From positions 1 to 43,890 of the forward strand of contig DATDXM010000042.1 in the NCBI GenBank assembly GCA_035289325.1: 43,890 nt of DNA. The letters are read 5' to 3'. This stretch comes from Candidatus Nanoarchaeia archaeon. GTDB lineage: Archaea; Nanobdellota; Nanobdellia; Woesearchaeales; JAGLXL01. This document shows, piece by piece, positions 23,553 through 32,840 of the stretch. Within the stretch, counting starts at the first letter, position 1; every line of letters starts with the position of its first letter. The translations under genes and the position numbers were made by a program. The notes under the pieces are model-generated. The model was not told the DNA's origin. It was given only the letters and a program-made list of their open reading frames with translations, and searched no databases.

Positions 23553-24431
23553 ATGATGATGGAACAATTTTATAATAGATTTCCTGATATGGCTGAGAAG
23601 GAAACACGATGTATAACCATTATGGGTGGAGAGGAAGGGCTTCCAAAAGGGGAATATTTTTTTTTAGAAAGCTACTGCAATGATCCAAAGTGCGATTGCC
23701 GCCGAGTTTTTATTAATGTTTTATATAAAGATAAAATTTTAGCCACCATAGGTTATGGCTGGGAGGAAGTAAAATTTTACGAACAGTGGATGGGTGAACC
23801 AGATTTGGCTCCCAATATTAAAGGTCCTATTCTAGAGCTCACTGGGCAGCATACTCAATATTCAGAAATACTTTTAGAGTTATTTAATAGGGTTATACTA
23901 AAAGACAACAAGTACATTAATCGCTTAAAGATGCATTATAAGATGTTTAAGAAAAATTCTTCTAAAAATAAAAGTGACAAACAAGATATAGAGGAAGAAT
24001 TAGAAAATTTTGATCCTAAATCATATGTAATGGCTAACTTATGCAAAGAAAATGGCACGGGCATAGAGGCCATTAATGAAACAAACCGAGAGGTATTCTA
24101 CCCCATTATAATGGCAATTGAAGAGTCCATTTGGATCAAGTATTCCAAAGATAGTTCGTTAAAGGATTCAGAAATAATTGAATCATTAAAGAATTTGAGG
24201 GACAATATATTTTCAGAGAATGCCCTTTTTAACCAATTGGAAGAGGAAATCATTACAAAATTAAAATTAGTATTATTTCTTAATCACTATGATAGACGGG
24301 ATCTGTCTTTATCCATTTCTTCTGTACTTAAGTCAGCAAAACTGCATAAATCGATGGGAGGAAGCAGAGGCTACTTAGATTTTATTTCTAGCTTTTTCAA
24401 CCAAATGGTGGGGAAAAATGAAGTCAAATAA
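23553..24431 (+). CDS. hypothetical protein with a CNDPKCDCRRVF motif
   Basis: The start is set at the MMMEQFYN ATG (23553), preceded by GGGG; the track ORF begins at 23475 inside the previous gene. It contains EYFFLESYCNDPKCDCRRVFINVL..IGYGWE. Its 3' end overlaps hsdS by 14 nt. Confidence 0.45.
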   Translation: MMMEQFYNRFPDMAEKETRCITIMGGEEGLPKGEYFFLESYCNDPKCDCRRVFINVLYKDKILATIGYGWEEVKFYEQWMGEPDLAPNIKGPILELTGQHTQYSEILLELFNRVILKDNKYINRLKMHYKMFKKNSSKNKSDKQDIEEELENFDPKSYVMANLCKENGTGIEAINETNREVFYPIIMAIEESIWIKYSKDSSLKDSEIIESLKNLRDNIFSENALFNQLEEEIITKLKLVLFLNHYDRRDLSLSISSVLKSAKLHKSMGGSRGYLDFISSFFNQMVGKNEVK

Positions 24432-25245
24432 TACTAATTGGGAATGGAAAAAGTTAGGGGAAATATGTCTTAGTAAAGCTCAATATGGTTCTGGTGCTAG
24501 AAAAATAGATTTTGATGATAAAGTCAGGTACATCAGAATTACCGATATTGATGATGGAGGTAACCTAAAAAATGATGAATTTGTATCTCCCTCTATTATC
24601 GAGAATGACTGCTTTTTAGAAAAAGATGATTTACTTTTTGCACGCTCTGGCTCGGTGGGTAGAACCTATCTCCATTCGAAAAATGATCTAAAATACCAAT
24701 TTGCTGGCTATCTAATCAGATTTAAAATAAATCCTAAGATTGCAGATGCAAGATATGTTTTTTATGTAACAAAATCAAAATATTATTTAGGCTGGGTTGA
24801 ATCTTTGAAAAGAAATGTAACAATATCAAACATTAATGCGAAAGAGTATTCCTCATTTGAGCTACCCGTCCCCCCTCTTCCCATCCAACAAAAAATAGTC
24901 TCAATACTTGAACAAGCAGAAAGTCTCAAACAAAAACGAGAGCAGGCAAATGAAGAGGCAAATAAAATTATTCAAAGTGTGTTTTATAAGATGTTTGGGG
25001 ATGTTGAGAATCACAAAGTAAAATCTTTCCTAGATGTTTTTGATGTAACCACCGGAAAACTAGATTCGAATGCCGCAGAGCCCGACGGAAAGTATCCATT
25101 TTTTACATGTTCACGGGAAACATTTAAGATAAATTCCTATGATTTTGATTGTGAAGCATTGTTATTAGCGGGAAATAACGCTGCGGCAAAGTATTCTGTT
25201 AAATATTATTCTGGAAAATTTAACCATTGGAGTGAACCCCATTAA
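24418..25245 (+). pseudogene. hsdS: type I R-M specificity subunit (hsdS), truncated in the second target-recognition domain
   Basis: TRD1 is followed by the central conserved helix LPPLPIQQKIVSILEQAESLKQKREQANEEANKIIQSVFYKMFG and the start of TRD2 (KYPFFTCS..). It ends at 275 aa, where the family continues for more than 100 further residues. Confidence 0.65.
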
Positions 25246-25428
25246 GTGGACACAAAGTTAAGATATACCGAAATAAAAAATGGTGAGGTGTGTACGATGG
25301 GTTTGGAAAAGTTTGAAAAAGAGATGAATGCGGATTGAACTTCATCCTCATAACAGATGTCTACAAAAGACAACGAGCGATTAGCGCGACAACAACATAT
25401 ATAAACATACACTCAAATATATCCACTC

Positions 25429-26196
25429 ATGTGGCAAGCAATCAAAGAAGCGAATGTTCCTCAACTGAAAGACCCAATACTGCTTGAAGGGCTACCAGGA
25501 ATTGGCAATGTAGGCAAGATTGCAATTGATTTTGTTATTGAAGAGTTAAAAGCAAAGAAAATTTATTCCCTGTTTTCGTATACGTTTCCGCACTCAGTGT
25601 TTGTCAATGATAATGATCTTGTGGAGCTGCCGAGCATTGAGCTGTACTATAAGAAATTCGACGGCAGGAAAAGAGACCTGCTGATCTTAACAGGCGATGT
25701 GCAGCCAGTTGATGAAGTAAGCAGCTATGAGTTTTGCGAGAAGGTTATCGAGCTGGCAAAGAAGATGGGTGCGCGCGAGATTATTACAACAGGCGGCATT
25801 GGGCTGAATAAAGTGCCTGAAAAACCACAAGTATATATCACGGGCAACAACAAAGAAGTGATCAAACGATATGCAAAAGGAACAGCTGTTGAAACGAAAA
25901 TTCATGGTGTTGTTGGTCCAATCATTGGTGTTTCAGGATTACTTGTCGGATTAGGAAAAATGCGCGAGATGGATGCAGTTGCATTGCTTGCTGAAACGTA
26001 TGGGCATCCGATGTACCTTGGTGTCAGCGGCGCAATTGAAATTTTGAGAGTTTTGAATATAAAATTAGGCGTGAAGCTTAATCTAAGCAAGCTGCACAAA
26101 GAGATTGAGCAGTTGGAAAAAGAGACTATCAAGCGGACAAAAAAGTTCAGCGCACTCACGATGAAAAAAGGAAATGAAGCGAGCTATATTGGTTGA
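25429..26196 (+). CDS. PAC2-family proteasome assembly chaperone-like protein
   Basis: ILLEGLPGIGNVGKIAIDFVIEELKAKKI and GVSGLLVGLG are typical of the archaeal PAC2/COG1938 family. TATA ATATATAAAC lies about 25 nt upstream. Confidence 0.65.
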   Translation: MWQAIKEANVPQLKDPILLEGLPGIGNVGKIAIDFVIEELKAKKIYSLFSYTFPHSVFVNDNDLVELPSIELYYKKFDGRKRDLLILTGDVQPVDEVSSYEFCEKVIELAKKMGAREIITTGGIGLNKVPEKPQVYITGNNKEVIKRYAKGTAVETKIHGVVGPIIGVSGLLVGLGKMREMDAVALLAETYGHPMYLGVSGAIEILRVLNIKLGVKLNLSKLHKEIEQLEKETIKRTKKFSALTMKKGNEASYIG

Positions 26197-26209
26197 TCGT
26201 TGAGGCTCT

Positions 26210-26818
26210 ATGAACGCTGTTTTTATTCTGGTCGGCATCTGTATTGCCTTATTTGCGCTGCAAGCAGCCATACCAGGCTTTACAGGACAGTTTGCACTCG
26301 TGTCAGCGCAGGTTGTTGAACGGCCGTGGACACTGGTCACTGCGATATTCTTGCACGGCGACCTTCCGCACCTGCTGTTTAACATGTTCGCGCTCGCGCT
26401 GTTTGGCATCATCTTGGAAAATATTGTCGGCAGGAAACGGTTTTTGTGGATATTTTTTGCTGGCGGCATTTTAGCGAGCGTTGGCTCAGTATTTTTGTAC
26501 ACTGCAGCAGTTGGAGCAAGCGGAGCAATCTTTGCTGTGCTTGGTGCACTTGCGATTTTGCGGCCACGGATGCAGGTTTGGGTAAGCTTTGTGCCGATGC
26601 CAATGATTGTAGCCGCGGCAGTGTGGGCAATTGGGGATTTCATTGGACTATTTGTGCCAACAGGCATAGCTAATCTTGCACATCTTGTTGGATTGGGATT
26701 TGGGTTAGGCAGTGGGCTGTATTTGCACAATCGCTTTGGTGAACGAGCAGACGGACGGGAAATATATCAGCTCGATGAGAAAGAAGTTGAAGACTGGGAA
26801 AAGAAGTGGATGAGGTGA
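26210..26818 (+). CDS. rhomboid-family intramembrane serine protease
   Basis: FLHGDLPHLLFNM matches the HxxxN motif, GASGAIFAVLGA the GxSG catalytic Ser and ANLAHLVG the catalytic His. The protein has six TM segments. Confidence 0.85.
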   Translation: MNAVFILVGICIALFALQAAIPGFTGQFALVSAQVVERPWTLVTAIFLHGDLPHLLFNMFALALFGIILENIVGRKRFLWIFFAGGILASVGSVFLYTAAVGASGAIFAVLGALAILRPRMQVWVSFVPMPMIVAAAVWAIGDFIGLFVPTGIANLAHLVGLGFGLGSGLYLHNRFGERADGREIYQLDEKEVEDWEKKWMR

Positions 26819-26838
26819 AGGAATATGACAGTTGTGGG

Positions 26839-27309
26839 TTAAGCAACCAATGATTTAAGATGTTCAATAGTAGGCATTACTCTTTCTGCAATATATAATT
26901 CAGCAGCTTCTGAAAATGATGCACGGTAATGTCTTTCAATCCGATTTACTAATCCAGGATGGGGATGCTTTCGCACAAAATCGAGAATCATTTCAATCCC
27001 TTCTTGATGTAAAGGGTTAATGAAGCGCACGTCCCTTAATGGAATATTTGCAGAAATTGATTTGTTAGCATCTAGATAATCTGGATTTTCGGGCGGTGCA
27101 TATGAACCATCAATTGCGATGATGCATGGAAGGTTTAATTTGTCGCTTCCTGAATCCCTGAAATGTTTACCTGCAAAACTGATAGCATCAACAGGAAGAG
27201 AAGTTACTTTTGCGGCAAACACATAAACAGCCTCCGGCTTTAATTTACCAAAAATAATATCGCGATGCACATTACCCCAAACAGTTCCACGATAAAGTAC
27301 GTTATCCAT
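26839..27309 (-). CDS. hypothetical protein
   Basis: 156-aa ORF with ordinary protein-like composition. No family recognised. Confidence 0.4.
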   Translation of the reverse strand: MDNVLYRGTVWGNVHRDIIFGKLKPEAVYVFAAKVTSLPVDAISFAGKHFRDSGSDKLNLPCIIAIDGSYAPPENPDYLDANKSISANIPLRDVRFINPLHQEGIEMILDFVRKHPHPGLVNRIERHYRASFSEAAELYIAERVMPTIEHLKSLVA

Positions 27310-27495
27310 GAAAGATGCAGCAAAATCATCCCTATTTAAACTTTTCTTCTTTAACCACCATCGAGTAATTAAAAAGCTTAAGAGAACTTTGCAAAAATGA
27401 TATTTAGGCCGTGATTACATGGAATTTCCGCTTAAATAAATGGATTAGTGGTTTAACTGAATTATTCAAAATTCTCTGGATTTTGTTTTTAATGT

Positions 27496-28188
27496 TTAAA
27501 CTCCATTTTGAAGTTTATATGAAGCAGCACGCAACAGTTCGAGTTTTGCCCTTGTGCCTTCAGCGAGCCATAATGTGCTCTGCCCAAAATTTAAATCGTA
27601 TTCAGGCTTTCCTATACTAGTCTGTTCAAATGCAAGTGCCAACTGATAAGTAATGAGCTTTAGAACATTTAGACCACGTGGTCCTTTGACATTGCTTTTG
27701 CACCAGTGCTCATTATCTGTAACTGTAACCGCCCCTTCTCCAATTAAAGAATCCAAATATTCACTTGCTTGTTCATCCCCTTTATGAAGAATTTTGCATT
27801 TTGCTAGTTCGAGATTTGAACAATCTATACCGTCAGCAGGTTGCTTTGTAAGCCGACCACTCAGATGGTTTCTCATTCCTCTTCGTGTATAGAATAAGCT
27901 AATACCATTTCTGGTTATTTCATCCATCCTGCCCGCACATTCCCGAGCAAGAGAAAGGTAATCCTGCATTGATCCATTTCTATACGTTAAGAAGTTTCCG
28001 TTAACTACAACGTCGTCCGCATTGTTTTCACCGATGAGCTCCGATAAAGTGTCAAATGACGCAGCAAACTGGTCGAAGGTTATTCTGCGCGCTATGTTTC
28101 TCGCTCTCATAAAGTCGATTTTGTAGCCTCTTGCCAAGTATTCGACAAGAATCGCGTCCGGGTCCATGAACAATCTCTGTCTAGCCAT
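27496..28188 (-). CDS. hypothetical protein
   Basis: The start is set at the ATG at 28188 (MARQRLF..), about 25 nt downstream of a minus-strand TATA (GATTTATATAC, 28211-28221). The track uses a TTG at 28209. No family recognised. Confidence 0.4.
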   Translation of the reverse strand: MARQRLFMDPDAILVEYLARGYKIDFMRARNIARRITFDQFAASFDTLSELIGENNADDVVVNGNFLTYRNGSMQDYLSLARECAGRMDEITRNGISLFYTRRGMRNHLSGRLTKQPADGIDCSNLELAKCKILHKGDEQASEYLDSLIGEGAVTVTDNEHWCKSNVKGPRGLNVLKLITYQLALAFEQTSIGKPEYDLNFGQSTLWLAEGTRAKLELLRAASYKLQNGV

Positions 28189-28421
28189 AGGTTTAACGAT
28201 TAAGCTCAACGTATATAAATCTTTCTGAAAGTTAGCTACTTTGTAGTGACTAAATCCCTAAAGAAATCTGGGCGTGATTTTATTATCTGGTCACTCAACT
28301 TCGACGCATTTTGAGGTAGTTATCAAGCTCTTCTTCTGTTTTACCCATGATTCGTTTTTTATGCCGCCGATTCTTTTACGTTTCCCACAGGATAACAAGT
28401 CTCGAAACCTATTTAAGCTTA

Positions 28422-29099
28422 ATGCCAGAACTCATTCCCATGAACATTCACGACATCAAGTCAGCTATTCCTTCGCAGCTTTATGCTGTGCTTTCTGCAA
28501 TCATCACCGAGCTCCGCCCATCGCAGGAAAAGGCAATCAACGCAGGACTGCTTGAGGGTAAAAATTTGCTTGTCTGCACGCCGACGGCGTCGGGCAAGAC
28601 ACTCATCGCTGAGCTTGCAAGCATGAAGCGCATCCTTGAAGGCAAGGGAAAGGGAGTATATATTGTGCCATTAAAAGCGCTCGCGAACGAAAAGTACAAG
28701 GATTTTACTGAACGCTATGGGCAGCTGTGCAAGGTTGCGCTCAGCAGCGGTGATCTTGATCGAAGCGATGCACATATGTCCAGCTATGATTTAATTATAA
28801 CGACAAGTGAAAAATTGGACAGCTTAATACGGCATCAAGCGCCATGGATACGGAACGTTGCAACTATTATTGTTGATGAGATTCATCTACTGAATGATCC
28901 TGGCAGAGGGCCAACGCTGGAGATATTGCTGACCATGTTACGGCAGCTGACTACGGCGCAGCTTATTGGGTTAAGCGCGACTATCGGCAATCCTCGAGAA
29001 CTTGCTGCATGGCTTCAAGCTGAGCTTGTGTTGGATGAGTGGCGGCCGGTGAAACTGAAGAAAGGGATTTATGTCAATGGAGAGATTAAGTTTTACTGA
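28422..29099 (+). pseudogene. Hel308/Ski2-like helicase, N-terminal RecA1 domain only (truncated)
   Basis: It has motif I CTPTASGKT, motif II DEIH and motif III SAT, then stops after ..RPVKLKKGIYVNGEIKFY. Full-length homologs are roughly three times longer. The start may be the ATG at 28440. Confidence 0.6.
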
Positions 29100-29110
29100 G
29101 AGCAGCATAA

Positions 29111-29398
29111 TTAATATGTCCCTGCGGATAAAAGTGTTGCAATTAATGTTGCATAGAAAATCCAGAAGACCAGATATAATGCGCCCATGACAATGCCGAT
29201 AATTCCGGTAACCAGACCAGCAATTGCCATACCTCGACCGCCTACTTTTGGATTTGATTTGATAAGCCGATCTGCCTGCTTGAAATAGTATACTGCAAGA
29301 ATGCCTAATACAAGACCAACAAATGGAATAAATGAGGTTGGCAAACTGATAATGCCGAGCACCATGCTTGCGATTGCCTTGTTGTTTTCCTGTTCCAT
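29111..29398 (-). CDS. small membrane protein, DUF4190-like
   Basis: 95 aa with ASMVLGIISL..VGLVLGILAVYY..GRGMAIAGLVTGIIGIVMG. Confidence 0.5.
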   Translation of the reverse strand: MEQENNKAIASMVLGIISLPTSFIPFVGLVLGILAVYYFKQADRLIKSNPKVGGRGMAIAGLVTGIIGIVMGALYLVFWIFYATLIATLLSAGTY

Positions 29399-29439
29399 GG
29401 ATGTAGAGATTTTCTTTTGATATTTAAAGGATTCGGTTT

Positions 29440-30768
29440 CTACACCAATCCCAAATTCTTCAGCACGACATCTTTAGAAAATGGCAATAAGTCATCATAT
29501 TCCTGCCCTGTGCCGATGTACATAATCGGCTTCTGGGTGACATAACTTATGCTCAATGCTGTGCCGCCTTTTTCGTCGACATCAGCTTTCGTCAGTATAA
29601 TCGCGTCAATCCCTATCTGATCGTTAAACTGCTGCGCCTGCTCAATGCAGTCATTGCCGGTGATGCTCTCGCCCACAAAAATCTTCAAATCTGGCTTTGT
29701 GACGCGAACAATCTTTTTCAGCTCGTCCATCAGATTGCTGTCGCTGTGCAAGCGGCCAGCAGTGTCAATCAGCACGATGTCAATTGCATTCTTTTGAGCA
29801 AATTTCACTGCGTCAAACGCGACAGCTGCAGCATCTGATCCATACTCATGCTTAATCAAACGGATGTTTAAACGCGATGCATGCTCTTCGAGCTGCTGGA
29901 TTGCGGCTGCACGAAACGTATCGCCTGCGGCAATCACGCAACTTTTTTTGCTTTCTTTCAGCAGATGAGCAATTTTTGCAATCGTTGTTGTTTTGCCTGA
30001 GCCGTTGATGCCAAAAAATGCAATCACGAACGGCTTTTTCGATGTGAGGTAATTAAGGATACCTGTGGAATCAACAACAACTGAAGAGAGGCTGTCTTTC
30101 AGGCTCCGCTGGACGACACTTTCGAGATTGCGCGGCAGCGGGCGGTTAATCAACTTGAGCTTGAGGTCTTCTTTTATTTTTTCGACAACGTCAAATGCGA
30201 CATTGCTTTCAAGCAAAACGCGCTCTAGTGTGCTGAACAAATCATCAAATTGTGCTGCGGAAATTGTTTTTGTTGTAAATAATTCTTTTGCTTTGGTGAA
30301 AAAGCCTTTCTTTTCTGGCACAGTTGCTTGTGATTTTTCTGATTTTACCCCCATGATATCTTGTGGCTCTGCTTCTGTTTTTTCTACTTTTGATTCGACT
30401 TTTTTTTCATGATGCGCTTGAACAGGTTTTTTTTCTATTTTTGGCTCTGCCGCTGGCTTCTGCTTTTTTTCCTGTTTTGATTCTGGTTGTGATTGTGGCT
30501 GTGCCTGCTCTGGCTTCTTTATCGCTTCAGCAAGTTCTACAGGAATACAGATGCCTTTCTTGTCATCGCAAATCATGCCTGGTGGATGTTCACTCACAGG
30601 CTCGGATTTAGAAACGACTTTTTCCTGATTTTTTTTCGGAACAGGGGTAACTGCACGCTCGGGCTCAACTTTAGCAGGTTCTGCTTCCTGCGGCGCTTCA
30701 GCTACTTTGCGCGAAAAAATGGACAGAGAACTTTTCAATTTCTCTTTAAGCTTGCTGAACAGTGCCAT
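29440..30768 (-). CDS. ftsY: signal recognition particle receptor FtsY
   Basis: It has an acidic/lysine-rich N-terminal region followed by an NG domain: FFGINGSGKTTTIAK, AGDTFRAAAIQQL, DTAGRLH, LTKADVDEKGG. The start is set at MALFSKLKEKL. Confidence 0.9.
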   Translation of the reverse strand: MALFSKLKEKLKSSLSIFSRKVAEAPQEAEPAKVEPERAVTPVPKKNQEKVVSKSEPVSEHPPGMICDDKKGICIPVELAEAIKKPEQAQPQSQPESKQEKKQKPAAEPKIEKKPVQAHHEKKVESKVEKTEAEPQDIMGVKSEKSQATVPEKKGFFTKAKELFTTKTISAAQFDDLFSTLERVLLESNVAFDVVEKIKEDLKLKLINRPLPRNLESVVQRSLKDSLSSVVVDSTGILNYLTSKKPFVIAFFGINGSGKTTTIAKIAHLLKESKKSCVIAAGDTFRAAAIQQLEEHASRLNIRLIKHEYGSDAAAVAFDAVKFAQKNAIDIVLIDTAGRLHSDSNLMDELKKIVRVTKPDLKIFVGESITGNDCIEQAQQFNDQIGIDAIILTKADVDEKGGTALSISYVTQKPIMYIGTGQEYDDLLPFSKDVVLKNLGLV

Positions 30769-31195
30769 GGAGTTCGGTGAGCAGTGCATCTGCACGCTCG
30801 GTTATATTCCCAATAGAGTGAGCGATTTGTGCTTTTACTTCTTCAACATCCCGTATCTGCCGGTCAAGGAATGTGAGCAGCTGAGGAACAGATTTTGTAA
30901 CTGCGGTATTTGCGCCCACTGCAACAAGAGCCTCATCAAACTGAGAAACTTTGACTTTTGCAAATATCCCAGAAGCGACAGGCACAAAGAGCTGAGCGTC
31001 TTTCAGCTGTTTCATTTCGGTGATACTTTCTTTTGTTTTTGTGTATTCGGCAAGCTTTTCATCGAGCTCTTCCGTATACTTCTGCATCATTTCAAGCTGC
31101 TGCTGCAACATCTGAAATTCTTCAGCTTTTTCTTTTTTGACGGGCATGGTGCGCATCAGAAGAAGACGACTTATAATACTTTCGCAGTGAGTCAC
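30746..31195 (-). CDS. pfdA: prefoldin alpha subunit
   Basis: It has a coiled coil, beta-hairpins and a second coiled coil (EEFQMLQQQLEMMQKY ... LFVPVASGIFAKVKV ... VAVGANTAVTKSV). The pfdA-ftsY adjacency is common in archaea. Confidence 0.7.
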   Translation of the reverse strand: MTHCESIISRLLLMRTMPVKKEKAEEFQMLQQQLEMMQKYTEELDEKLAEYTKTKESITEMKQLKDAQLFVPVASGIFAKVKVSQFDEALVAVGANTAVTKSVPQLLTFLDRQIRDVEEVKAQIAHSIGNITERADALLTELHGTVQQA

Positions 31196-31198
31196 GGC

Positions 31199-32659
31199 TT
31201 ACTGCGTCGGCTTTCCGTTTTTACCGTTCTGCTCTGATTCAGTTCCTGATCCAGCCCATAGTTTTTCAAGGTTAATTCTCGTTAAGTTATAGTACTTCTT
31301 CAATTCGTATGGGTCTGCAATTTTTAAGACATCAAGCTCAGGTCCAAAAAGATCAGAGTAACGATCTCGACGCCGGATAAGCTTTGTTGTGCCGTCCTGC
31401 CGTATAAGAACGATGGGCGGCCGCTTAAGATTGTTGAAGTTTGAACTCATCACATAACTGTACGCGCCGCAGTCCATGACCGCGAGCAAATCACCTTCTT
31501 CAAGTGTGGGCAATTTTTCATAATCTTCAATGATGTCGATGCAATCACATGTCGATCCGACAATCTCATATTTTTGAGTCCGACGCAGATTCATGTCTGT
31601 CGCCGGAAGAATATCATAAGAACATTTTGACACTAAGATGTCAGGGAACATTGAATAAGTCGAGGAATCAGTGATAACTGAGGTTTTTTTGCCGAGATCC
31701 TTGATGCTTACCACTTTAATGATGCCGATTCCTGCGGTTGCAACAATAGATTTACCAGGCTCGAAAATAAGTGTTGGTTTGTGAAGACCTGCTTTTTCAA
31801 AGAGTTCGTTGAAAAAACGAACAAAAGGCGGTCCGAATTCTTGAGGGTCAAAGTATTTACCTGGGCGATAGACTTTTGGCGCTTCCGGCGGGAATCCACC
31901 GCCGAGATCAAGCATGTCGATGATGACACCTTTCTTATGCGCATATTTGATGAGATTGAGAATTTTTTTTGTTGCAAGATAATACCCTTTTGGTGTATGT
32001 GCATATGAGCCGTGAAAGTGAAAGCCTTTTAACTTGACGTAGCTGCAACTCAGCGCTTTGTCAATTGCACGCCTCATGTAATTGTACGGAATGCCATATT
32101 TTTGGGATTTGGTTGAAAAACGACCGTCTTGTATCATCGGATTAACACGCAGCATGATAGGAATGTCTTGCTTTTGGTTTTTTGCTACATTAATCACTTT
32201 CTGCACTTCCTCTAATGAGTCAATTGTAATTGCGCGCACGCCAACGGTTGCTGCAAAAAAGATGTCCTGTTCTGTTTTATAAAGATTGGTAAAAGTGATC
32301 TCACTCGGCTCGAAGTCTGCGAGCAATCCTAAAATGATTTCGCCGACACTGCTCGCGTCAAATTCAAAGCCTTCTTCGCGCATAATTCTCAGAATTTCCA
32401 GATTTGAACTAACTTTACAGGCGTATTGCGGCTTGAACAGCCCATAGTTAAATGCATTTTTGAAACTTCGCAATCGATGGCGGATTTCTTCCTCGACAAA
32501 AACATAGAGCGGTGTACCGAAACGTTTCTGAAGCTCCTTGACTGAGACACCTTCAATGTGAAGAATACCGTCTTTATCTACACCTAAGAAATGTCTCCAT
32601 CTCTTCTTGTTATAGATTGGAGGAATCGCTCTCAACTTTTTTGGAAGTATTTGATTCAT
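31199..32659 (-). CDS. PLP-dependent Orn/DAP/Arg decarboxylase family protein, probably arginine decarboxylase
   Basis: YACKVSSN contains the PLP Lys region, and GFHFHGSY, LDLGGGFP and a C-terminal beta-barrel are present. The substrate is inferred from the adjacent aguA/aguB-type genes. The start is set at MNQILPKK. Confidence 0.7.
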   Translation of the reverse strand: MNQILPKKLRAIPPIYNKKRWRHFLGVDKDGILHIEGVSVKELQKRFGTPLYVFVEEEIRHRLRSFKNAFNYGLFKPQYACKVSSNLEILRIMREEGFEFDASSVGEIILGLLADFEPSEITFTNLYKTEQDIFFAATVGVRAITIDSLEEVQKVINVAKNQKQDIPIMLRVNPMIQDGRFSTKSQKYGIPYNYMRRAIDKALSCSYVKLKGFHFHGSYAHTPKGYYLATKKILNLIKYAHKKGVIIDMLDLGGGFPPEAPKVYRPGKYFDPQEFGPPFVRFFNELFEKAGLHKPTLIFEPGKSIVATAGIGIIKVVSIKDLGKKTSVITDSSTYSMFPDILVSKCSYDILPATDMNLRRTQKYEIVGSTCDCIDIIEDYEKLPTLEEGDLLAVMDCGAYSYVMSSNFNNLKRPPIVLIRQDGTTKLIRRRDRYSDLFGPELDVLKIADPYELKKYYNLTRINLEKLWAGSGTESEQNGKNGKPTQ

Positions 32660-32840
32660 TTTTAGAATGAGCGAGCAATGCATATCGCTTCACTGCAGGT
32701 TATGTTGTATGCAATCATTTCTAAAATAAAATGATTCCAGAATACTATTTAAATGTTTGTTTTGATTTCAGGGTAATCGTCGATGGCGCAGGGATTTTTG
32801 TTTATGAAAATGATTTATGAAAATGTTTTTATAGTATAAC

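Noticed and set aside
26083-26730. 215-aa minus-strand ORF antisense to the rhomboid gene, plus nested ORFs 26244..26474, 26409..26630 and 26446..26673
   Set aside because: The plus-strand frame carries all rhomboid catalytic motifs. The antisense frames are low-complexity (Ala/Pro/Thr-rich) shadow ORFs.
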